Source of the DNA: Candidatus Allofournierella merdigallinarum
Lineage (GTDB): Bacteria; Bacillota; Clostridia; Oscillospirales; Ruminococcaceae
DNA: 64,000 bases
Assembly (NCBI GenBank): GCA_019117205.1
Contig: DXAC01000024.1
Coordinates: forward strand, 1,114 to 65,113
Reading direction: 5' to 3'
Made by a program: the position numbers and the translations under genes. The notes under the pieces were generated by a model. The model was not told where the DNA came from. It did not search any database and saw only the letters and a list, made by a program, of their open reading frames with translations. This document shows positions 1-7,748 of this stretch, piece by piece. How positions within the stretch are numbered: position 1 is the stretch's first letter; every line of letters starts with the position of its first letter.

Positions 1-677
1 AAAAGAAGGTCAAGAACATCTACACCCGCGTGGCCGAGGACCTCTCCCGCATGCTGGGCTACGAGATCCCCGTGGTGGTGGCCAACGACGGCGACGTGTC
101 CGCGCTGGCGGGCGCCATGGGCCTGGGCGAGAACGGCATCATGGGCATCGCCATGGGCACCAGCGAGGCCGTGGGCTATGTGGACGGCGAGGGCAACATC
201 TGCGGCTGGCTGAACGAGCTGGCCTTCGCCCCCGTGGACGGCCAGCCCGGCGCCATGGAGGACGAGTGGAGCGGCGACATCGGCTGCGGCGTGAAGTACT
301 TCAGCCAGGACGGTGTGAACAAGCTGGCCCCCCGCGCCGGCATCGAGCTGGACGAGACCGAGCCTCCCGCAAAGCGCCTGAAGGTGGTGCAGGAGCTGAT
401 GGCCGCCGACGACGAGCGGGCCGCCGCGGTCTACCGCAGCATCGGCGTGTATCTGGGCCACACCATGGGCCTCTACGCCCAGTTCTACGACATCCATCAT
501 GTGCAGATGATGGGCCGCGTGATGAGCGGCAAGGGCGGCGACATCATCCTGGCCGAGGCGGCCCGTGTGATGGACGAGGAGTACCCCGACGTGGCCTTCC
601 GCCCCGAGGCTCCCGACGAGATGACCCGCCGCGTGGGCCAGAGCTCCGCGGCCGCCAGCCTGCCGGAAGTGAAGTGA
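1..677 (+). CDS. ROK-family sugar kinase (glucokinase-like), 5'-truncated by window edge
   Basis: Frame stays open back to base 3 (KKVKNIYTRVAEDL...); stop at 675-677. 'VVVANDGDVSALAG...GIAMGTSEAVGYVDGEG' resembles ROK/polyphosphate-glucokinase core segments. No CXCGXXGCXE zinc motif seen. Confidence 0.6.
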   Translation, partial: KKVKNIYTRVAEDLSRMLGYEIPVVVANDGDVSALAGAMGLGENGIMGIAMGTSEAVGYVDGEGNICGWLNELAFAPVDGQPGAMEDEWSGDIGCGVKYFSQDGVNKLAPRAGIELDETEPPAKRLKVVQELMAADDERAAAVYRSIGVYLGHTMGLYAQFYDIHHVQMMGRVMSGKGGDIILAEAARVMDEEYPDVAFRPEAPDEMTRRVGQSSAAASLPEVK

Positions 678-691
678 TCCCTGTTTTGTGC

Positions 692-724
692 AAAAAGCCC
701 CGGACCGCAAGGTCCGGGGCTTTT
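692..724. terminator. Bidirectional rho-independent terminator between convergent genes
   Basis: AAAAA-GCCCCGGACC-GCAA-GGTCCGGGGC-TTTT: perfect 10-bp GC stem flanked by an A-run and a T-run. Confidence 0.85.
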
Positions 725-759
725 CTGGCACTGATAGAATACAAATTGTAGAGATTTGA

Positions 760-1638
760 TTACTTGTTCTTTCTGTAAAAATCGATGAGCGCCTGGGTGC
801 CCTCGTCCGCACCGCCGGCGGCGGCGAATTCCTCATACACCTTGAGCACGCTCTCCACCATGGGCAGGCTCTCGCCCCGGGCGGCGGCCTCTTCGCAGAT
901 GATCTTCATGTCCTTGATGAAGTGCTTCACAAAGAAGCCGGGGGCGAAGTCGCCCGCCAAAGCGCGGGGAGCCATGTTGGCGATCTGCCAGCTGCCCGCC
1001 GCGCCGCCGCCGATGGCCGCCAGCATCTTCTGGGGGTCAAGGCCGGCCTTCTCGGCGTAGTGGATGGCCTCGGTGTAGGCGGCGGTGGCGCCCGCCACGG
1101 CGATCTGGTTGGCGGCCTTGGTGTGCTGGCCGAAGCCCGCGGGGCCCATCAGCAGAACGCTCTTGCCCATGGCGTTGAAGAAGGGCAGGGCCTTCTCAAA
1201 GGCGTCCTCGTCGCCGCCCACCATGATGGACAGGGTGGCCTCCCGCGCGCCCTTGTCGCCGCCGGAGACCGGCGCGTCCAGCACGGCGACGCCCTTCTCC
1301 TTGCCCAGGGCATAGAGCTTCTGGGCCAGGGTGGGGCTGGAGGTGGTCATGTCCACCGCCACGGTGCCGGGGCGGGCGGAGTCGAGGATGCCGCCCTCGC
1401 TGCAGAACACCTCTTCCACGTCGGCGGGATAGCCCACCATCACGAACACAAAGTCCGCGTCCGCCACCGCCTCGGCGATGGTGCGGCAGGGGATGAAGCC
1501 GAACTCGGGCGCCTTGGCGGCCACCTTTTCATAGTGGTGGCCGTAGGCCTTCACTTCCCAGCCGGCCTTTACCAGATGCCCGGCCTGGGACGCGCCCATC
1601 ACGCCGGCGCCGATCCATGCGACTTTCTGCTTTTCCAT
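760..1638 (-). CDS. NAD(P)-dependent oxidoreductase, 3-hydroxyisobutyrate dehydrogenase (HIBADH) family
   Basis: N-terminal Rossmann 'VAWIGAGVMG'; 'DAPVSGG' and 'KDMKI' HIBADH-type segments. AAGGAG SD lies 8 nt before the ATG at 1638; the GTG at 1647 in the ORF track overlaps the SD. Confidence 0.85.
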   Translation of the reverse strand: MEKQKVAWIGAGVMGASQAGHLVKAGWEVKAYGHHYEKVAAKAPEFGFIPCRTIAEAVADADFVFVMVGYPADVEEVFCSEGGILDSARPGTVAVDMTTSSPTLAQKLYALGKEKGVAVLDAPVSGGDKGAREATLSIMVGGDEDAFEKALPFFNAMGKSVLLMGPAGFGQHTKAANQIAVAGATAAYTEAIHYAEKAGLDPQKMLAAIGGGAAGSWQIANMAPRALAGDFAPGFFVKHFIKDMKIICEEAAARGESLPMVESVLKVYEEFAAAGGADEGTQALIDFYRKNK

Positions 1639-1690
1639 CTTCAACACTCCTTATCTCATCCGGGGATGCCGGAATTTTACCGTGGAAACC

Positions 1691-3079
1691 TCACGCCTCC
1701 TGCACCGCGTCGGCGCGGGTGACCACCCGCACCCAGCGCCCGCTGCAAAGGCGGATGAAGCCCAGGATGCTCTTGACGATGTTGTCGCACCGCAAACAGA
1801 AGAACACCACCGGCGCGGACCAGTGGAACACAAAGCCCCCCAAAAGGCCCAGCGGGATGGCCAGCACCCAGAGCAGGCCGCTGTCCAGAATGAGGTTGGT
1901 GCGCACGTCGCCGCCGCCCCGCAGCACACCCACCACCATCACGGTGCCCACCGCCTGGAAGGGCTGGATGGCCGCCAGAATGGTCATCAGGATGAGGGCG
2001 GTGTCGTGAGCCTGCTGGCTCACGTTGTAAAGGCTCATGATGGGCCGCTGGCCCGCCAGCAGCAAGGCCGTGCACGCAAGGCTGAGCACAACGCTCACCG
2101 CCACCGTGCTGTTGGCGGCCCGGCGCGCGTCCGCAAGGCGGCCCTCGCCGATGGTCTTGCCCACCACCACGGCGGTGGCGTTGGCCATGCCGAAGATGAA
2201 CACGCTCACCAGATTGTTCACCACGTTCACGATGCTCACCGCGCTGGTGAAGCTGGGGCCCATGTGGCCGATGGTCAGGTTGGTCACCGCCACGCCCAGC
2301 GCCCACAAAAGCTCGTTGCTCACCACCGGCACGCTGTTGCGCACATAGTCGCTGAACAGCCCGCTGCGAAAGCGCAGCAGCCATTTGGGGGTGAAGCACA
2401 CCGTGCGCTCGATGCGGTACATATACACCAGCACCGCCGCGCACTCGAACAGGCGGGCCATGATGGTGCCCAGCGCCGCGCCCCGCACCCCCAGCTCCGG
2501 CGCGCCCAGCTTGCCGAAGATGAAGCAGTAGTTGAAAAACACGTTCACGAAGAAGCTGCTGGAATAGACCGCGATGCTCACCTTCACCTGCTCCACCGCC
2601 CGCAGGCACATGATGTAGCAGTTGGAGAAGCTGTAAAAAACAAAGCTCACCGACAGCCACTCCAGGTAGGCCGCGCCCTCCCGGATGACGTCCGCGTCGG
2701 TGGCGAAGATGTGCATGATCTGCACCGGGAACAGCCGCCCCAGTACGGTGAACAGCGCCGACGCGCCCAGGGCGAAGCGCAGGCTGAGGGCGAAGATCTG
2801 CCGGATGCGCAGCATGTCCCGCTTGCCCCAGTACTGGGCGATGAGCACCGCCGCGCCGCTGGCCAGCCCGAAGCCGGTGACGTTGAGGATGATGAACAGC
2901 TGGCCCCCCAGGTTGGCGGCGGCGATGGCCGTGTCGCCCAGCTGGCCCAGCATGACGATGTCCATCATGTTCACGCCCAGGTTGATGACGTTCTGTATGG
3001 CGATGGGCAGGGTGATGGCCAGCACCCGCCGGTAGAAATCCCAGTCGGTGTAGAACCGGGTTTGCAGTGTTTGCAGCAT
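1691..3079 (-). CDS. MATE family efflux transporter
   Basis: 462 aa and uniformly hydrophobic. N-terminus 'ITLPIAIQNVINLGVNMMDIVMLGQLG' is typical of NorM/DinF-type MATE proteins. GAGGAG SD upstream of the ATG at 3079. Confidence 0.85.
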   Translation of the reverse strand: MLQTLQTRFYTDWDFYRRVLAITLPIAIQNVINLGVNMMDIVMLGQLGDTAIAAANLGGQLFIILNVTGFGLASGAAVLIAQYWGKRDMLRIRQIFALSLRFALGASALFTVLGRLFPVQIMHIFATDADVIREGAAYLEWLSVSFVFYSFSNCYIMCLRAVEQVKVSIAVYSSSFFVNVFFNYCFIFGKLGAPELGVRGAALGTIMARLFECAAVLVYMYRIERTVCFTPKWLLRFRSGLFSDYVRNSVPVVSNELLWALGVAVTNLTIGHMGPSFTSAVSIVNVVNNLVSVFIFGMANATAVVVGKTIGEGRLADARRAANSTVAVSVVLSLACTALLLAGQRPIMSLYNVSQQAHDTALILMTILAAIQPFQAVGTVMVVGVLRGGGDVRTNLILDSGLLWVLAIPLGLLGGFVFHWSAPVVFFCLRCDNIVKSILGFIRLCSGRWVRVVTRADAVQEA

Positions 3080-3254
3080 AAAATCTCCTCACAAATATGT
3101 TGCTGATTCCCAGTATAACACGGCTTGAGCCGGTTGAACAGTCCCCGCAGAAAGGTATATTTTTTCAGAAAAAGTTTGCACAATCGGCCGGAATGCGGTA
3201 TACTAATGGCAGAATCTGCAATTTTCGCCCCCGCAGGGAAAAAGGAGGCAGGGT

Positions 3255-4157
3255 ATGGGATACACGCCGCTTGAACTGGAGCGTCCGCTGGCCATCGACC
3301 GCATCTATTCGGTGCACTATTTTGAGTACGGGCCGGACTACGCCTTTGTGGGTGAGAGCCACGATTTTTGGGAGCTGGTCTACGCCGACAAGGGCGAGGT
3401 GTACGTCACCGCCGGCGAGGAGGAGAAGCTGCTGAAAAAGGGGCAGATGATCTTCCATGAGCCGGGCGAGTTCCACAACGTGCGGGCCACTGGCGACGGC
3501 GCGCCCAACATCGTCATCATCTCCTTCGAGTGCAACGGCCCCGCCATGGACTTTTTCCGCCACCGGGTGGTGAACGTGAGCGACAACGAGCGGGTGCTGC
3601 TGGCCCGCATCGTGGAGATGGCCGGCGCGGCCTTCTCCACCCCGCTGGACGACCCCCTCACCCCCCACCTCATCCGGCGGGAGGCCGCGCCCTTCGGCTG
3701 CGAGCAGATCATCGGCGTTTCACTGGAGTACATGCTGCTGTGCCTTGTGCGCCGGGGGGACGAGACCCCTGCCAGCCGCCCCACCAGCCTCATCCGCGAG
3801 CGCAGCCAGAACGAGTTTTTGGCCCGGGTGCAGCAGTATCTGGAGGCCAACATCCAGCGCCGGCTGACTTTGAGCGACATCTGCCGCGACAATCTGGTGG
3901 GCCGCAGCTATCTGCAGAAGGTCTTCCGGGAAAAGACCGGCGGCGGCGCCATGGAGTACTTTGGCAACCTGAAGATCCAGAAGGCCAAGGAGATGATCCG
4001 CCAGGGCAGCCACAACTTCACCGAGATCGCCGCCCTTTTGGGCTACAATTCCATCCACTATTTCTCCCGCCACTTCAAAAAGGTCACCGGCATGACCCCC
4101 TCGGAGTACGCCAGCAGCGTGAAGGTGCTGGCACGCCGGGGCAGAGGTGAGGAATGA
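3255..4157 (+). CDS. AraC family transcriptional regulator (cupin-like N-domain + HTH)
   Basis: C-terminal 'FTEIAALLGYNSIHYFSRHFKKVTGMTPSEY' AraC-type HTH; AAGGAGG SD. Divergent from the MATE gene. Confidence 0.85.
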   Translation: MGYTPLELERPLAIDRIYSVHYFEYGPDYAFVGESHDFWELVYADKGEVYVTAGEEEKLLKKGQMIFHEPGEFHNVRATGDGAPNIVIISFECNGPAMDFFRHRVVNVSDNERVLLARIVEMAGAAFSTPLDDPLTPHLIRREAAPFGCEQIIGVSLEYMLLCLVRRGDETPASRPTSLIRERSQNEFLARVQQYLEANIQRRLTLSDICRDNLVGRSYLQKVFREKTGGGAMEYFGNLKIQKAKEMIRQGSHNFTEIAALLGYNSIHYFSRHFKKVTGMTPSEYASSVKVLARRGRGEE

Positions 4158-5746
4158 ATCCCGCCGGCAAGGCGGAAGGGAAGACCGGCGCGCTGCGCCG
4201 GTTTTCTGCACTCTGGCTGCTGCTGCCCGCCGCGGGCGTGCTGGCCGTGGTCAGCCGCAGTTCTCCCTTCTATGCCGTGAACAACTGGTCGGACGCTCAG
4301 TGCTTCTTTTTGATGGGCAAGGCCATGGCCCAGGGGCGGGTGCTCTATGTGGACGCGGTGGACCAGAAGGGCCCGCTGCTGTTTTTCCTGCACTGCATCG
4401 CCAACTGGGTCCAGACGGACGGCTTTTTGGGCGTCTGGCTCATCGAGATCGCCGCGGCGGCGCTGTTTTTGTACTTCGCCCGGCGGCTGTTCCTTCTGTG
4501 CGGCGCGGGCCGGGCGGCCGCGCTGGCCCCCGCGCTGGTGCTGGCGGTGAGCTATTCCACCGTCGCCTTCCAGAAGGGCGACAGCGCCGAGGAGCTCTGC
4601 CTGCCCCTGCTGCTGGGCGGGGTGGTGCTGGGGCTGGAAACGCTGCGCCTGCGCCGCCCGCTCACTCTGCGGCTGGGCCTCGCCCTGGGCCTTTTGTGCG
4701 GCGCGGTGTTCTGGATCAAGTATAACCTCTGCGCCCCCTTCGGGGCGGTGGCCCTGGTGCTGCTGGCCTGGGGCCTTGCCCGCCGGGACTGGAAAGGTCT
4801 CGGCCGGGTGGTGCTGGGCGGCGTGCTGGGCCTTGCGGCCATGAGCCTGCCCTGGCTTTTCTACTTTTGGGCGAACGGCGCGCTGGACGAGATGTGGTAC
4901 AACTATTTTTACTGCAATCTCTTCCTCTATTCCGATTCGGCCGACGCCGCCCTGCCCCAGATGCTGGCCAGCATGTGGCGCAACATCCGCTCTGACCTGC
5001 GCCTCAACTGGGTGTTCGGCGTGTTCGTGGTGCTGGGGCTGCTCTGGTTCACCTTCGGCCCCGGAGCCCGGGGCGAAAAGCGGGACGCGGCCTTCTGGCT
5101 GCAGCGCCTGCTCCTGCCGCTGAGTTTTCTGGCGGTGACGGCGGCCATCTACGGCACGCCCCACAACGTCCCCATCTACTACGCCCTGGCGCTGGTGCTG
5201 TTCGTGCCCTTCGGCTTTGTTCCGATGCTGGCGGCGGTGCGGGCCGTGGTGGACAAGCTGGCGGGCACCGGGCGGTTCAGCAGCTGGCTGTGGGCGGCTC
5301 TGGCCGCGGCGGCGCTGGCCGCCGGCGTGGGCTTCGCATGGTGGCACACCCCCAACCATCAGGCCTTCGGCCAAAAGCGGGCGGATACGGTGCAGTATCA
5401 GTTCGCCCGGGTGATGCGCAGCGAGCCGGACCCCAGCTATGAGATGTGGGGCGTGCTGGACCGGGGCTTCGGCATGGCGGCGGACCTGCTGCAGGCCAGC
5501 CCCTACATCGGCAGCTTCAACCTGCCGGTGGAGGAGATCCAGCAGGAGTTTTACGGCGACCCCGCCTTCGACACCGAGTTCATCATCTGCGGCAGCTATG
5601 AGGATGACTATCAGACGAACCTGGCTCAATGGCAGCTGCTGCTGGAACAGCACGGCTATGTGCTGGTGAGCGAAGGGCAGGAGCTCCAGCTCAACCGAAA
5701 GACCTACTACACCGTGCGCTATCTGCTGTATCAGCGGCAGGAATAA
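4154..5746 (+). CDS. Polytopic membrane protein, putative GT-C fold (PMT_2/ArnT-like) glycosyltransferase with soluble C-terminal domain
   Basis: ATG 4154 overlaps the AraC stop (ATGA). About 400 aa of repeated hydrophobic segments. First-loop motif 'YVDAVDQKGPLLFF' resembles the acidic-loop/KPPL signature of GT39/GT83-like enzymes (recollection, unverified). Confidence 0.55.
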   Translation: MNPAGKAEGKTGALRRFSALWLLLPAAGVLAVVSRSSPFYAVNNWSDAQCFFLMGKAMAQGRVLYVDAVDQKGPLLFFLHCIANWVQTDGFLGVWLIEIAAAALFLYFARRLFLLCGAGRAAALAPALVLAVSYSTVAFQKGDSAEELCLPLLLGGVVLGLETLRLRRPLTLRLGLALGLLCGAVFWIKYNLCAPFGAVALVLLAWGLARRDWKGLGRVVLGGVLGLAAMSLPWLFYFWANGALDEMWYNYFYCNLFLYSDSADAALPQMLASMWRNIRSDLRLNWVFGVFVVLGLLWFTFGPGARGEKRDAAFWLQRLLLPLSFLAVTAAIYGTPHNVPIYYALALVLFVPFGFVPMLAAVRAVVDKLAGTGRFSSWLWAALAAAALAAGVGFAWWHTPNHQAFGQKRADTVQYQFARVMRSEPDPSYEMWGVLDRGFGMAADLLQASPYIGSFNLPVEEIQQEFYGDPAFDTEFIICGSYEDDYQTNLAQWQLLLEQHGYVLVSEGQELQLNRKTYYTVRYLLYQRQE

Positions 5747-5757
5747 AAAACAAACAA

Positions 5758-5798
5758 GGCGGCCCGCCGGATGCATTTCCGGCGGGCCGCCTTTTATT
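5758..5798. terminator. Bidirectional rho-independent terminator
   Basis: GGCGGCCCGCCGG-ATGCATTT-CCGGCGGGCCGCC followed by TTTTATT, with an A-rich run upstream. Lies between convergent genes. Confidence 0.85.
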
Positions 5799-5813
5799 CT
5801 TTTGGGATGCGGT

Positions 5814-7676
5814 TCACAGGGCGGCTTCGGCCGCGGCCAGTTTGGCCGTGTCCTCCACCACCACGGTGAAGCTGAAGGGGTCCACCTCGGTCACCTTGCC
5901 AAGGGCCCGGGTGGCCAGCAGCCGGGGGGTGCGGTTGATCGCGATCTCGGCGGTCTCGGTGGGGCCGGTGCGGCGGTATTGCAAAAGGCCGCCGTCCGCC
6001 CGCGTCACCCGGAAGTCGCCCTCCCAGAAGGCGTCGCACTCCTTGCGCAGCTTCGCCAGCTGGCGCAAAAGGGGCTTGATGCGGTTCTCGGTGGAGTCCC
6101 AGTCGTAGTAGGCCCGGTTGAAGGGGTCCCGGTAGCCCTGCATGCCCACCTCGTCGCCGTAGTAGATGCAGGGCACCCCCGGCAGGGTGAACAGCATGGC
6201 GTAGGCCAGCCGTACCAGCCGGATGCCGTGGTCGTACTTGGGCTTGGGCAGCCGCCGCCCGCTCTGCCAGTAGCGGTCCCGTCCCTCGGCGGGCTCGTCT
6301 TCCAGGGCGGTGAGGATGCGCTCGGTGTCATGGGTGCCCACATGGTTCATCAGCGCGTGCAGCGCCGGGGCGGGGTAGTGCTCGCAGATGGCGGTGAGCT
6401 GCTCGGCGCAGGAGAGGGCGCTGCCTCCCCGCAGAAAGCTCAGGATGGCGTTGCGGAAGGGGTAGTTCATCACCCCGTCCAGCCCTTTGCCCAAAAGGTA
6501 GGTGCGGCGCACGCCGTAGGCCTCCTTGGTGGTGGCGTCCTCCCACACCTCGCCCAACAGATAGCAGTCCGGCCCGTGGGCCTTCACCGCCTTGCGGATG
6601 CTCTCGATGAAATCGTCGGGCAGTTCGTCCGCCACGTCCAGCCGAAAGCCGCTGGCCCCCCGGGAGAGCCAGGTGTCGATGACGCCGTCCTTGCCGCAGA
6701 TGAACTGCCGGTAGGCGGGGTCGTCCTCCCGCACCTCGGGCAGGGTCTCGAAGCCCCACCAGCTGCGGTAGCCGCAGGGGTATTTTTTGTCGAAGTCGTA
6801 CCAGCTGCGGTAGGGGCTGTTGGGGTCGTGGTAGGCCCCGCCCTGGCCGTAGCGGCCCTCCCGGTTGAAGTAGAGGCTGTCCGACCCGGTGTGGCTGAAC
6901 ACGCCGTCCAGAATGATGCGGATACCCTTCTCCTTCGCCTCCCGGCAGAGCAGGGTGAACTCCTCGTTGGTGCCCAGCAGGGGGTCGGCGTTCAGATAGT
7001 CGGCGGTGTTGTAGCGGTGGTTGGCGTGGGCCTCGAAGATGGGGTTCAGGTAGATCCAGGTGACCCCCAGCTGCTGCAGATAGCCAAGCTTTTTGCGGAT
7101 GCCCTCAAAGTCGCCGCCGAAGTAGTCCAGGTTCAGCTGGCCGCCCTGCTCGTTGGGCCAGAAGTAGGGCTCGCCCTGCTTGTTGGCCCGGTAGACCCGG
7201 TCGGCAAAGGGCATCACCGGGTGGGGCCTGCCCTCGAAAAAGCGGTCGGGGAAGATCTGATACATCACCCCGCCCCGCAGGGCCTTCGGGGTGGAAAAGC
7301 CCGCTTCGTAGACGGTGAGCTGCCAGCAGGCGCCCGCCGTCCAGCTGAGCACCGCCTCGCCCAGCTCGCCCCGGTAGAGCTTGCGGAAGTCGGAATAGAG
7401 GTCGAAGTAATAGAAATAAAGCCCCGCCTCGTCCAGCGTCAGGCTCAGGCGGAAGTGGTTCACCCCTTCCACGCAGCCCTTGAAATCCATGCGGTATTCC
7501 ACGGGGTCGCCGCCGTCCTTGGTGAGCACCAGCCGCGGTTCCACAAAGCCGTAGTGCTCGGGGATGGTCAGCGCCAGGCGCAGGGGCTCGCCCGCCCTCA
7601 CCGCCCCGCGGGGGGTCTTGTAGGCGCTGTCAAGGCTGTTGAACAAATGGTCCAAGCAAGATCGCTCCTCTGGCAA
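5814..7676 (-). CDS. Glycoside hydrolase family 13 (neopullulanase/cyclomaltodextrinase/alpha-amylase-like), cytoplasmic
   Basis: GH13 conserved regions 'DGVFSHTG', 'GFRLDVADE', 'LLGEVWED' and 'MNHVGTHDTER'; no signal peptide. Start uncertain: the TTG at 7655, preceded by GAGGAG with 9-nt spacing, is a better candidate than the TTG at 7676. Confidence 0.85.
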   Translation of the reverse strand: MPEERSCLDHLFNSLDSAYKTPRGAVRAGEPLRLALTIPEHYGFVEPRLVLTKDGGDPVEYRMDFKGCVEGVNHFRLSLTLDEAGLYFYYFDLYSDFRKLYRGELGEAVLSWTAGACWQLTVYEAGFSTPKALRGGVMYQIFPDRFFEGRPHPVMPFADRVYRANKQGEPYFWPNEQGGQLNLDYFGGDFEGIRKKLGYLQQLGVTWIYLNPIFEAHANHRYNTADYLNADPLLGTNEEFTLLCREAKEKGIRIILDGVFSHTGSDSLYFNREGRYGQGGAYHDPNSPYRSWYDFDKKYPCGYRSWWGFETLPEVREDDPAYRQFICGKDGVIDTWLSRGASGFRLDVADELPDDFIESIRKAVKAHGPDCYLLGEVWEDATTKEAYGVRRTYLLGKGLDGVMNYPFRNAILSFLRGGSALSCAEQLTAICEHYPAPALHALMNHVGTHDTERILTALEDEPAEGRDRYWQSGRRLPKPKYDHGIRLVRLAYAMLFTLPGVPCIYYGDEVGMQGYRDPFNRAYYDWDSTENRIKPLLRQLAKLRKECDAFWEGDFRVTRADGGLLQYRRTGPTETAEIAINRTPRLLATRALGKVTEVDPFSFTVVVEDTAKLAAAEAAL

Positions 7677-7708
7677 GAGAAATTGGCGGCAGGTCCAGGC
7701 CGCGCTTC

Positions 7709-7741
7709 AAAAAATGCCCCCGGACGCTTTGGGCCGGGGGC
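7709..7741 (-). terminator. Rho-independent terminator after glgP
   Basis: Minus strand: GCCCCCGG-(10-nt loop)-CCGGGGGC followed by ATTTTTT, 8 nt after the glgP stop. Confidence 0.7.
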
Positions 7742-7748
7742 ACGGGGT

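Noticed and set aside
266-751. 161-aa plus-strand ORF and 66-aa minus-strand ORF overlapping the ROK kinase 3' end
   Set aside because: They are off-frame overlaps of a motif-bearing gene and run through the bidirectional terminator. The translations are Arg/Gly/Pro-rich junk.
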